Origin: Octopus sinensis
Taxonomy: Eukaryota
Reading direction: 5' to 3'
DNA: 64,000 nt
Assembly (NCBI RefSeq): GCF_006345805.1
Contig: NC_043002.1
Span: 5,828,001-5,892,000 of the forward strand
A program made the position numbers and the translations under genes. Below, one piece after another: positions 1-11,216 of this stretch (the stretch's first letter is position 1; each line of letters opens with the position of its first letter). The notes below the pieces were generated by a model. The model did not search any database, had not been told where the DNA came from, and saw only the letters and a program-made list of their open reading frames with translations.

Positions 1-154
1 AAACTGTTCTAATTTCCTTTGCTAATTCCCTTCCAGAAAGCATGTACATTACACAATCCTATTTTCTCCATTGTTCTGTTTGAAGCATCTTGCTTCTATA
101 TTCATTACCTTTCTCTCAATTAGTTGATAATGCATTACCTTTCTTCCACTTTAG

Positions 155-415
<261 letters not shown>

Positions 416-427
416 TGAAGGAAGCAT

Positions 428-641
428 ATTCTGTTGTGTCTGGGGAGAGTCATTCTCTTTTTGTGCCTTATTATTTAACACACTCACCGGTAAAATTTCC
501 ACTTTTTTTCTTATTTTTATTGTCCTAAAAAATTGTCCTATAAAAATAAAAAAAAAAATAAAAAGAGTGGAAATTTTACCGGTGAGTGTGTTAAATAATA
601 AGGCACAAAAAGAAAATGACTCTCCCCAGACACAATAGAAT
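428..641. repeat. Long inverted repeat (about 95-bp arms, about 20-nt loop)
   Basis: 428-520 is the near-perfect reverse complement of 540-641 (gagtcatt...ccggtaaaatttccact / agtggaaattttaccgg...aatgactc). Confidence 0.9.
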
Positions 642-897
642 GTACATTTATATGTTATACATTTAGCTTGTGTAATTCTGTAGCTATCATCCCTACGTAT
701 ACAATCATGCAGCTAAATACCAGCAACCACAACTACCTATTTCACCAGCTACACATAAATATAGCAATTTTAAATCATACTTGCTAAATTTTCTAAAATT
801 GATTCATATTTGAGTCTACGCGTTGGCATCAGTTGTCTCAGATATTACAAGGGAGATAACTGCTTTGATACCAAAAGTTGGTCGACGTTACCTCTTG

Positions 898-1313
898 TAG
901 GATCTTTTCGGTTTGAACGGCAGTTTTTTCTAGCGTTGTCATATGAAATTGCCACCCATAGTTATGACCCTAGTATCGATCTATTGCATTTGAATCTGTT
1001 TTAGGGTTAGGGGTGGGGGGAAGGGTATCTTTTTTTCTTCAGAAATGTAAATAAACCCAATCTGTTTCTTAAATGAGGGACATATTCATACGGCACAGAA
1101 TGTTTTCACCTTAATAGACGTCATTGATTGGTTGAAATTGCAGAAATTGAAGAAAAAAACAACAACAAATATCTTACAAATTATAGAATTTTCTCAATAA
1201 AGCCAAGAGAAAAAGATGTTTTATAAACACATTCTACCAGTATACGAAGTTTAAAAGTGTTTAGTTACGTGGAAATTATTTTTAAAAAACTGTTGGTCAA
1301 ACCGAAAACATCC
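898..1313. mobile_element. MITE-like non-autonomous DNA element with about 25-bp terminal inverted repeats
   Basis: ttttcggtttgaacggcagtttttt (904) vs aaaaaactgttggtcaaaccgaaaa (ending 1308); second copy in the opposite orientation at about 32705-33095. Confidence 0.7.
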
Positions 1314-1690
1314 CCTCTTGTATGATATTGAATTAAATGTCTAATTTTAAAGTTTCATATTCAAATTAAAATTTTCCATCATAATTTTACAAATGAAACT
1401 TTTATTAACAAATACCTATTTAGATAGGAAAAAGACCCCCCCCCCCAGCTATGCTAATTTTCTGTGAAAAGTGATTTGTCTAAATTGTCTGATAATTCTT
1501 TGTTATTGTTCAAAATTGATTTAAACACTTGGAGAGCATCTTTTAATTAGAAAGATAGGCACAAAAGAGTCAAAGTGATAGGAAATTTACAATTTTCATT
1601 TAACGACGATGAAAATGTTGCTCACTGGTTGTGATATCTCACAATCATTGGGAAATTAGCAATATCAGTTAAAGCCAGCAAATAAATTAT

Positions 1691-2092
1691 ATCATCATCA
1701 TCATCATCATCATTTAACGTCTGCTTTCCATGCTAGCATGGGTTGGACAATTTGACTGAGGTCTGGCGAACCAGACTCCAATCTGATCTGGCAGAGTTTC
1801 TACAGCTGGATGCCCTTCCTAACGCCAACCACTCCGAGAGTGTAGTGGGTGCTTTTACGTGCCACTGGCACGAGGGCCAGTTTGGTGGTACTGTCAATGG
1901 CCATGCCCAAATGGTGCTTTTTATGTGCCACCTGCACAGGAGCCAGTCCAGCAGTACTGGCGACGACCTCGCTTGAATGTTTCATGTGCCACCAGCCCAA
2001 GGGCTAGTAAGGCGATGTGGTAACGATCACGCTCGAATGGTGTGCTTAACGTGCCATCGGCACGAAGGCCAGCTTGTTGCTCTGGCAACGAT
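1691..2092 (-). mobile_element. 5'-truncated RTE-type LINE 3' end with (GAT)n tail
   Basis: (ATC)n, gtttaacgtc, CCATGCTAGCATGG, cagctggatgcccttcctaacgccaacc. Same family at about 4316-4854(+), 5400-5682(-), 5875-6311(+), 7132-7450(-), 9483-9640(-), 12775-13160(-), 16934-17243(+), 18640-18900(-), 21586-21862(-), 22793-23205(-), 24880-24944(+), 28810-28975(+), 38555-38800(-), 40315-40476(-), 52460-52681(+). Confidence 0.8.
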
Positions 2093-2129
2093 AGTGCATA
2101 AATCAGAGTTTGTTTAGATGGTAACTATA

Positions 2130-2640
2130 ATTAAGAGTGAGTGGGGAAAAGCTTGCTCAGGTGCACCACAACTTGTCAAAAGTGCGTATAAGTCATATGC
2201 AGTAATGTACAAATGTCTGGGAAGTGAACAGTGTATGAGTCAGATACATGCTTGCGTGTGTATGGAGGGGAGAAAATCAGGTGTAGTGTTGGCGAATCTC
2301 AGGAAGCATGGAAGTTTTGAAGGGCGCAGTGCTCCGACAACTAACAACTGATGCCGGCAGTTTGTTCCATGCTTCAGCAACTCTTAGCGTGAAGAAAATG
2401 TTTCCGAAAGTCATGGGAGCTGTGCTGATTTCTGACTTTGTAAACATGTCCACAGGTGTTAGACAGGTGGAGTTTGAAAAGGTGCTCAGAGTTATTGTTT
2501 GTAAGATGGTTAATAATTTTATGGGTGTCTGCCAAGTCAGCTGCCAGACGTCGGAGTTATCTATAAAGGGCAGTAGTTGATGTGTGGGTATTGTATGTAC
2601 TCCATTGATCTCAAATTCATAACAGAGGTTTTAATAAGGA
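2130..2640 (-). mobile_element. CR1-clade LINE 3' end (ORF2 C-terminus plus 3'UTR), degenerate
   Basis: Minus strand translates RRLAADLADTHKIINHLTNNNSEHLFKLHLSNTCGHVYKVR...DFRKHF and, after a frameshift, RVAEAWNKLPASVVSCRSTAPFK, a typical CR1 RGH..FF..RV..WN.LP motif. Confidence 0.8.
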
Positions 2641-2751
2641 ACGTGTATTTAAAACGCATTTTAGATTTTTCTATTTGTTTACCCTAGTGTGTAGTCAGAG
2701 AACGGTCAAAGGGAGATAACTTCACAAAGTCCTACCTGTTTGTGTTTTAGC

Positions 2752-2960
2752 TATTTGTTTACTACCCACAAGGGGACAAACAAGGACAGACATAGGTATT
2801 AAGTCGATTATATCGACCCCAGTGCGTAACTGGTACTTAATTTATCGACCCCGAAAGGATGAAAGGCAAAGTCGACGTCGGCGTAATTTGAAATCAGAAC
2901 GATGCGGAAGACGAAATACCGATAAGCATTTCGCATGGCGTGCTAACGTTTCTGCCAGCT
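2752..2960 (-). mobile_element. tRNA-derived SINE, family B (head ggcggcgagctggcagaa...gagttcaaattcc)
   Basis: B-box-like gttcaaat and body gtcgactttgcctttcatcctttcggggtcgataaattaagtaccag. From memory the body resembles the MetaSINE central domain (unverified). Other copies about 17855-18065(+), 31420-31520(-), 37555-37730(+), 38227-38420(+), 48875-49060(+). Confidence 0.8.
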
Positions 2961-3129
2961 GGTTTAAGATGGATCTGGCAGAGATGTGAGACGAAAAAAA
3001 AAAACAAAAAGAAACAAGGCTGAGAGCAAAGAAGAGGTTCCTCAACAAGTGGTAAACAAAAATTTTGCTCTATGATTGGACTGATTATAGCTGCACCCTG
3101 TTTCTGGTGGTGGTGGTGGCCGTATAAAT

Positions 3130-3545
3130 AACGAGGAAAAGACATTCTACAGTGGATAAATAGTAGTGTTGCTGTTGAGCGAAGAGGTCTTCGTCCCATA
3201 GTTCGCAAGATGGGAGAAGCCCGAAACATGGTCCTTTGCTATTCGTAAGACCCGCAGAAGAGAAAGCAGGTCAACCCCCGACACCGAGAGCATCGACGGA
3301 TGGATGAATGCGCATCCAGGCTCAGCGGTTGCGTAGGAAGTCAGGGATAAGAAACAGGAAGAAAGAGTGTGAGAAAGTTGGGGCGAAAGAGTACAACAGG
3401 GGTCGCCACCACCCCCTGCTGGAGCCTCGAGAAGCTTTAGGTGTTTTTGCTCAATAAACACACACAACGCCCGGTCTCGGAGTCGACACCGCTATCCTCC
3501 GACCGCGAGTCCGCTGCCCTAACCACTGGGCCATTGCGCATCCAC
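3130..3545 (-). mobile_element. tRNA-derived SINE, family D, tail variant 1
   Basis: Head ggatgcgcaatggcccagtggttagggcagcggactcgcggtc with A/B-box-like motifs, shared with 16062-16362 and 18304-18612, but a different 3' half. Confidence 0.75.
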
Positions 3546-3739
3546 TAGTGTTGTTGTCTTGGGTCTGTTGGAAGACAAGATACTGTCGGAAGGTGCAGCA
3601 ATCGTTGTGATCTCCATCTGATTGCTGCTGAAGGAAGTGTTACCTTTGAAAGCCTTGCGTAAAATATATGTTGTGTGTATATGTATATATCTTTATTTAT
3701 CTTGTATTTGTTTCTCTCATAAGAGTGTGGCCATGCTGG

Positions 3740-4090
3740 GGCACTGCCTTGAATTTTAATCAAACAAATCAGTGCCAGTTCTTATTTTTCTTTTTAAAGC
3801 CTGTTACTTACTCTATTTGTCTCTTTGGCTGAACTGCTAAGTCATGGGGATGTAATCACACCAACACTAGTTGTCAAGTGGTAGCAGGGGACAAATACAG
3901 ACACAAAGACACACACACACATATATATATATATACGCACACACGATGGAGTTCTTTGAGTTTCCCTCTACCAAATCCACCCACAAGACTTTGGTTGGCC
4001 CCGAGGCTTTAGTAAAAGACACTTGTCCAGTAGGACTGAACCTGGAACCATGTGGTTGGGAAGCAAACTTCTTACCGGACGGCTACACCT
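3740..4090 (-). mobile_element. CORE-type SINE, family C (octopus OR-like), degenerate
   Basis: Contains gatttggtaga-ggaaact-aaagaa and agtcatg/ggccatgctggggcactgcc. Better copies at about 54765-55145(+), 59208-59600(+), 60020-60500(+), 62710-63130(-), with the CORE-like ccttgggcaagt motif; fragments at about 14960-15270, 16420-16540, 36030-36150, 53235-53460, 56060-56225. Confidence 0.7.
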
Positions 4091-6475
4091 GTTGCCTACC
4101 AAATACCTACGTCCCTGGGTGTTTACACAGCTACAAGTGGTAAGAAGTTTGAAACCATACTCAATGCCAAAGAAACATGAATTGTTTCTGGTTATGAGAG
4201 TTGGAACCTCACAAAACTTTATATCCAGTCTGATGATTGGGATGTGATATTCAAATAGTTAGATGTGAGTTGTCAGTTGTTATAACCATAGTTATAAATC
4301 AAAATCACCTTCAATGACTGGCATCTGTACTAGCGGGGTGCAAAGAGCACCATACGAGCGTGGTCGTTGACAGAGCGGCTAACCGGCTTCTGTGCCAGTG
4401 GCACATAAAAGGCACCATTCGAGTGTGATCGTTACCAGCGTCGCCTTACTGGCACTTGTGCCCGTGCTAGTAGGGTGCCAAGAGCACCATCCGAGCCTGA
4501 TCGTTGCCAGAGCAGCCAACTGGCTTCCGTGCTGGTGGCATGTAAAAGACACCATTCAAGCATGATCGTTACCAGCATCGCCTTACTGGTACCTGCTCCG
4601 GTGGCATGTGTAAAAGATTCGAGTGAGGTCATTGCCAGTACCATCTGACTGGCCCTCGTGCCGGTGGCACGTAAAAAGCACCCACAGCACTCTTGGAGTG
4701 GTTGGCATTAGGAATGGCATCCAGCTGTAGAAACCCTGCCAAATCAAGACTGGAGCCTGGTGCAGCCATCTGGTTCGCCAGCCCTGAGTCAAAATCGTCC
4801 AAACCATGCTAGCATGGAAAGCGGACATTAAACGATGATGATGATGATGATGATAGTGTAGGTATAACCAAATAGTAAGGAGTTCATAACCTGGAAGTCC
4901 TGGATTCAGTCCCAAGTGACCTCTGCTGTATCTTTGATTCAGTCAGATTTTGTGACTGAAATTGAGTTGACAGAACCTGTTGGATGGACTGTACTTGTAA
5001 TTCAAAGAGCCAGCTTCTAGTCACATATATTCTGCATATCATCATCATCGTTTAACGTCAGATGATGAATGGATTAGATGGGTGCTGATGAAGGAGCAAA
5101 AACTCTCGAAATATGGCATATACATCCATTAACCATTTTTCTTCACCTTTCATCTTTGATCTTATATCAGACGTCTCCGATACAAAACACAACAAAATCA
5201 GTGCTGCCATTAATTTCTATAGAAACTCTCTGGAGACAACCATAACACATGATTTAAGTGCACTGCTAACACAGTATTACAAGGTATTCACTTACAAAAG
5301 CGTTCAATATATGTTGTAGCATATGGTTGCATAACGAAATACTGTGTGCCTACAAGTCTTTAATACGTTCAAATCATCTTAAAATGATCTTGCTATATTC
5401 ATCATCATCATCATCATCGTTTAACGTCCGTTTTCCATGCTAGCATGGATTGGACGGTTCGACCAGGGTCTGGGAAACCAGGAGGCTGCACCAGGCCCAG
5501 TCTGATCTGGCAGTGTTTCTACAGCTGGATGCCCTTCCTTCCTAATGCCAACCACTTCGTGAGTGTATTGGGTGCTTTTTACATGCCAGGCGAGGCTGGC
5601 AAATGGCCACGATCGGTTGGTGCTTTTATGTGTCACCGGCATGGAGGCCAGTCAAGGCGGCGCTGGCAACGGCCACGTTCGGATAAAAAAGAACTGTTGA
5701 ATTATGTGAGCGTTAAATGCCTGATATATGAAAATAAAACGGATGGTCATGAGTGGAATGCGTTTATATAGGTTTGTTGCGATCAGAGTTGATCTGAAGT
5801 TAAACAACAACAGTATTGATTAAGGGAGTTAGCTAACTGAATTGATTTCAATACATGACTTAATTTATTAAGGCACCATTTGAGCGTGATTGTTACCAGC
5901 GTCGCATTACTGGCTCTCGAGCCTGTGCTAGTAGGGTATTAAGGGCACCATCATAGCATGATCGGTGCCAGAGCAGCTATCTGGCCTCTGAGCTGGTGGC
6001 ATGTAAAAGACACCATTCGAGTGTGATCGTTACCAGCATCGCCTTACTGGCACCTGTACCGGTGGCATGTGTAAAAGATTCGAGCGAGGTCGTTGCCAGT
6101 ACCACCTGACTGGCCCCCGTGCCCGTGGCACGTAAAAGCACCCACTACACTTTCAGAGTGGTTGGCATTAGGAAGGGCATCCAGCTGTAGAAACTCTGCC
6201 AAATCAAGATTGGAGCCTGGTGTGGGTGTCTGGTTCACCAGCCCTCAGTCGAAATCGTCCAACCCATGCTAGCATGGAAAGCGGACGTTAAACGATGATG
6301 ATGATGATGATAATTGGGCAAACAGGATTTGAACTGAGCACGCAAAGCAGCTGAGCTAAACTGTTTAGTCAATGCTAATATTTTTAATGCTCTGAACATC
6401 AATTATCTAACTGGTAAATATGTGTTGAGGGAAAGATAACATTAGCTCGATGTGTTTGTCGAAATAGTCATGAAA

Positions 6476-6706
6476 GGCGGCAAGCTGGCAGAATCGTTTG
6501 CACGCCGGGCGAAATGCTCAACAGTGTTTCGTCTGCTGCTACGTTCTGAGTTCAAATTCCGCCGAGGTCGACTTTGCTTTACATCCTTTCGGGGTCGATA
6601 AATTAAGTACTAGTTACACACTGGGTTCGATGTAATCGACTCAATCCGTTTGTCTGTCCTTGTTTGTCCCCTCTATGTTTAGCCCCTTGTGGGTAGTAAA
6701 GAAATA
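6476..6706 (+). mobile_element. Full-length SINE family B with target-site duplication
   Basis: Flanked by gaaatagtcatgaaa (6461-6475) and gaaatagtcacgaaa (6707-6721). Confidence 0.88.
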
Positions 6707-7899
6707 GAAATAGTCACGAAAGAATCACTAGAGAGAGAGAGAGAGAGAGAGAGAAACCCAGCATATTTAAAATAACAAACCTTGAAGTTGATTACTCAGG
6801 GACGCTATCGGTATGAAAAACTATAGTGTTACTTTATGTAAGAGGATAGCAATTTGAGAGAAATTTTGCTGCTAGTTTTTATTAACTCGGATTTAAATGG
6901 CGTCACAATATAGTGGTGAGATCGCTCCAAAACTATTCAGTAATTTGTTTTCTCTATTCGGTTGGAAATATTTGATTTATTGAGAAAATAGTTTCAAACC
7001 AAAAACCTTAATATTAATAGCCTTATTTAATAAGTTGTCTCCCTTAGCATAACCATGGGAGATAACTGCTTATTGAATTAAAAGAAAAATAATGTAGCAT
7101 TTTCTCAACCACTTTGTTGAAGCTAACGAATCATCATCATTTAACGTCCGTTTTCCATGCTAGCATGGGTTGGACGAATGACAGAGGGCTAGCGCACCGG
7201 ACTTCAATCTTGATCTGGCAGAGTTTCTACAGCTGGATGCCCTTCCTAACGCCAACCACTCCAAGAGTGTAGTGGGTGCTTTTACATGCCACTGGCACGA
7301 GGGCCAGTTTGATGGTACTGGCAACGGTCACGCCCAAATGGTGCTTTTTTATGTGCCACCTGCACAGGAGCCAGTCCAACGGAACTGGCGTTAACCTCGC
7401 TTGAATATTTCATGTGCCACCAGCACAAGTGCTAGTAAGGCGACGCGGTATGAAGTAATCCAGCGGTGATCGTATCACCTGCTTCCCACGTCAGTGACTG
7501 GATTATACTTTCGGATGTGATCTTGTTTCAAAGTTAGAATAATTCGAGGAACCTTTACCAATTATTTCTGGCAAGTCGAGAGACATCTTGGAGGTTCACT
7601 CATTAACTTGATGTAAAAGTTGTGATGTGATGTGATCTGTTAGTTTTTCATTAAGAGAGGGAAATATCTTGCGTTTCGAGCAGACCTATTCATCTCGTAT
7701 CTTTTTTAAAGAAGAGACACTTGCCCTAGAATTTTTAGTCGTAAAATTCATGTTTTGTGGAAATCATAGGAATTTTACAACTTTCTTCAGAGCATTTTTG
7801 AAAGAGACAAGTGTTGTCCTTCACTGGTGGGCGAACATTTTCAAGAACTTCTGAATTGTGTCTGCTCCACGGACCCCATGGCACTTAAAGAGATTCCAG

Positions 7900-9450
7900 A
7901 TCTTCCTGTCATGACAGAACTTCCTGTCATGACAGCCACCAACACTTAATGAGGTCTAACAGGCTATCTGCGGCCCCCAAAACAAGGAGTCACCTGGCGT
8001 CGATGAGGTTGCCATAAAAGTATGGAGGGCCTCACATCACATTCCATCATCACTCTTTGTCTCCTCTCTGTTGGCAGGGTCAGACTGTGCCAGACAAGAT
8101 GGAAGCACTCAAATATTATCACAATCTACAAGTGCAAGGGAGACTATGTAGAGTGTGATAACAGCAGGGGAATCTCTCCTGGATGATGCTGGCAATATCT
8201 TCTTACATATTCTCCGATGTCTTCTATTTATGTTGTCAATGAAGTAATGTATGAGCCCCAATGTGGGTTTCAACCAGAAAAAAAGCACTTCTTATATGAT
8301 ATTCTTGCTCTATCTTCTTGAAAAACGTTATGAACAACAGAAAGACATGTTACCCCTGCTTCAGAAGTTTGGTTGTCCAACATTTCTCTCAATCATCCAG
8401 AAGTTTCGTGATGGTATGCAAGCAAGAGTGACACTTACCAGTGATGCCTCAGAGCCCTTTGATGTCCAGGTGGCAATAAAACAAGAAAGTGTTCTTGTCC
8501 GGGAATAGATCACCAAAGAATATGGAATTCATATCGGATACCGCTGTGATTGCAGCATCTTTAACACTCGCTGCCTGAAAGCTGCATCAAAAATCCTCTC
8601 AACTGTGATGTACAAGATTCAGTATGCTGGTAGTTCAGCTACACCATCTCATACCTCCACCTGTCTCCAACACATATCGAGCTCAATGGACAGTGTCTAT
8701 TCCTGGCTTGGTCTTAAAGCAGATCATTGAAAAACCAAAGTTCTGTAACCAGCTTTCCCATACTCATCTCCCCCTCAGTCCAATTCTTATTGATGATACT
8801 TCTGTACTGCAGACTGGCCCATTCTGCTATCTTGGATGCCCAATCTCTAACATTGAACACCTTGATGAGGTGAACACCCTGTCTGATCAACTTGGCCTCT
8901 GCATCTTTTAGAAGACTCAGTTAATGAGTCTTTCAGAACAAAACCTTTGAGCAAGCACAAAAATTTCCATCTCTTGAAGTGTCTACCCTCCTGATGGGAT
9001 CTAAATGCTGGACCCTTTTACTGGTGCCAAATCAGACAACCAGAAGCTTTCCATATTAGATCACTCCAAAGTATCCTTGGTCTCACATGGAAGGACAAGG
9101 TGTCTCATTCCAAAATCCTCCTGAGGGCTGGGATCTACAGCATTGAGGTCTGCATCCTTTGTCGTTTTCTTTGCTGGGTTGGCCATGTGATTCTGATACT
9201 GGATCTTTGGTTTCCAAAGATGGTTCTGTTCAGTGAGATTAAGACTGGAAGAGGGCCTCATGAATGCCCAAAACTTCGTTTTCATGATCATCTCAAGTGG
9301 TCTCTCATTTTATGCAGTGTCCCTCCCAGTTGGTTGGACCCTTGGCTGTTAAGTGGAAGGGATGGAGGTCCGTGTGTGATACTGGAGAAGATTGCTTTGA
9401 AACAACACATCCAAGATGAGGAAATAGCCAGGAAAACAGACACCATAATG
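7900..9450 (+). mobile_element. Degenerate RTE-clade LINE reverse transcriptase (ORF2) remnant
   Basis: Fragments translate PTLNEV...NKESPGVDEV, DKWKHSNIITIYKCKGD..ECDNSRGISL, KFGCP.FLSIIQKF.DGMQARV...SEPFDVQVAIKQ, VSWKDKVSHSKIL, WVGHVI...PKMVLFSEIKTG; many stops and frameshifts. Confidence 0.85.
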
Positions 9451-10030
9451 AAATGCTTCTCAAATATATATAGAAATAAATGTCATCATTTAATGCTTGC
9501 TTTCCATGCTGGCATGGGTTGGACAGTTTGACAGGGCTGCATTGAGATTCAATGTTGTCTTTGGTATGGTGCTCTTGCTAATCCCAACCACTTCACAGTG
9601 TACTGGGTCCTTTTGTCATGCCACTGGCACTTGTGAGGTTGCCATGGAATTTTCAAGACAGAAAAGAATAGGGGAAAAGAAAAGGAAAAACTACCACTAT
9701 TATGAGGAAATATTTAGGAGAGGAAGGTGGAGGTGAGTTGTAGTATGCCAGATGTTGAAAGGCTGATGTATGATAGGACAAGACTAATGCATGATAGGAC
9801 AAGCCCACATGTCTTGTAGAGGATATACATGGCTGAAAGAGATAGAAAGAAGGTAGTGATGGGGTGCAAGGGCAAATTCTCAAGGAACAAGAAGGTGAGC
9901 ATAAGAAAGGATGCAGACAGTGGATCCTGAGAGGGGATGAGGGAGTGGATGCTTTCATAAAAGTGTGAGGGTGGGTGGGTGTAAGCAAGTGGAGGTAGAG
10001 GTTAATGTTGTGAGTGATGAACTGGAGTGC

Positions 10031-10900
10031 ATCATCATCGTCGTTTAATGTCTGCTTTCCATGCTAGCATGGGTTGGACGAATGACTGAGGGCTGGCGAA
10101 CCAAATGGCTGCACCACTCTCCGGTCTGATCTGGCAGAGTTTCTACAGCTGGATGCCCTTCCTAACGCCAACCACTCTGAGAGTGTAGTGGGTGTTTTTA
10201 TGTGCCACTGGCACAGGAGCCAGTCAGGCAGTACTGGCAATGACCTTGCTCGAATTTTTTACACATGCCAATGGCACAGATGGAGGGAAATAGCAGCATG
10301 TAGAGGAGTAAGGTGGGAGATACAGGAGTGGCTCAGGAAGGCGAAGAGAACAGGAAGTAAGAGAAGGTGTAAGTTGTGGAAAAGGAGATATAGGGATATA
10401 TAAGGGGCTGTTGTAGGTGGGTTATGATGGTAGATATGGGATGGGATTGAAAATGATAACAAAGAGATGTGTTGAGAATGAAGTATAGCAGAGGGGGAAA
10501 GAGGGCAGTGGCTGAAGGGTCTGAAAGGAGGTGAATTGTTGTGACATAGTGTGGGCAGGGATGATGGGAACGGAAGTGGTTGCAGGAGGCTGTAGAAAAC
10601 GGGTGGGATGTAATATGTGCAAGGTGAGTACTGCAGCCAAGGAGATGGGGACAAGGCTTTGCCTGTACAGGCATAACCCAAATGGTTTTGGGACATCATT
10701 TTTGCTGTAATGGACAGGTCTTCTTGAGCGCAGCAAAATACCAATGATCTCAGTTCTTTGTCATCTCCTCTGTAACGCTCAACAGCTTGAGATTGGCCTT
10801 GAGTACTTTATCCCACGTCTTCTTGGATCTCCTGCTGCCATGAATTCCGTCCACAGCAGTGTTTTACATCTACTTTTCTATGCTGGCATGAGTTAGTTTT
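10031..10900 (-). mobile_element. RTE LINE 3' fragment: ORF2 C-terminus, pyrimidine-rich 3'UTR, then common (GAT)n tail
   Basis: Minus strand at about 10740-10870 translates VDGIHGSRRSKKTWDKVLKANLKLLSVTEEMTKN*DHW; the conserved tail is at 10031-10270. Confidence 0.65.
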
Positions 10901-11135
10901 TCTGCTGTTGCGTTTTATGCCAACTCTTTCAATCTCTTCTTATGAACAAGGATGTGATTTACCTTTCTAAAACTGGAACATATATATAATGATCTTGTTT
11001 ATAATTTCTTAATATGACTCTTATTTTAAATTTTGTGGGTATTTTTTTTTAATTATTTAAAAAAAAAAAAATTGGAGCAGGGATAAATATTTCTGAAATC
11101 ATCTTGCTTAAATTTACCTGTCTTTTGTTCCTCAG

Positions 11136-11216
11136 GAGATAGATGAAGATTGTCTTATTGAACTTGCTGTCTTCAAAGGGACCTCTCGAGGCAGAATGAT
11201 AAATATGATCACAGAG
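11136..11216 (+). CDS. MELK: MELK exon, UBA domain N-part (EIDEDCLIELAVFKGTSRGRMINMITE)
   Basis: tcttttgttcctcag acceptor, gtaagt donor at 11217; 81 nt, phase 0/0; resembles MELK UBA 'LDDDCVTEL'. Too short for the ORF track. Confidence 0.9.

Noticed and set aside
1002-1013. Telomeric TTAGGG repeats
   Set aside because: Only two units, and they are part of the MITE (also in its second copy); not an interstitial telomere.
1743-1976. Recurrent short ORFs containing LQLDALPNANHSESVVGAF
   Set aside because: Antisense translation of the repeated RTE tail; not a gene family.
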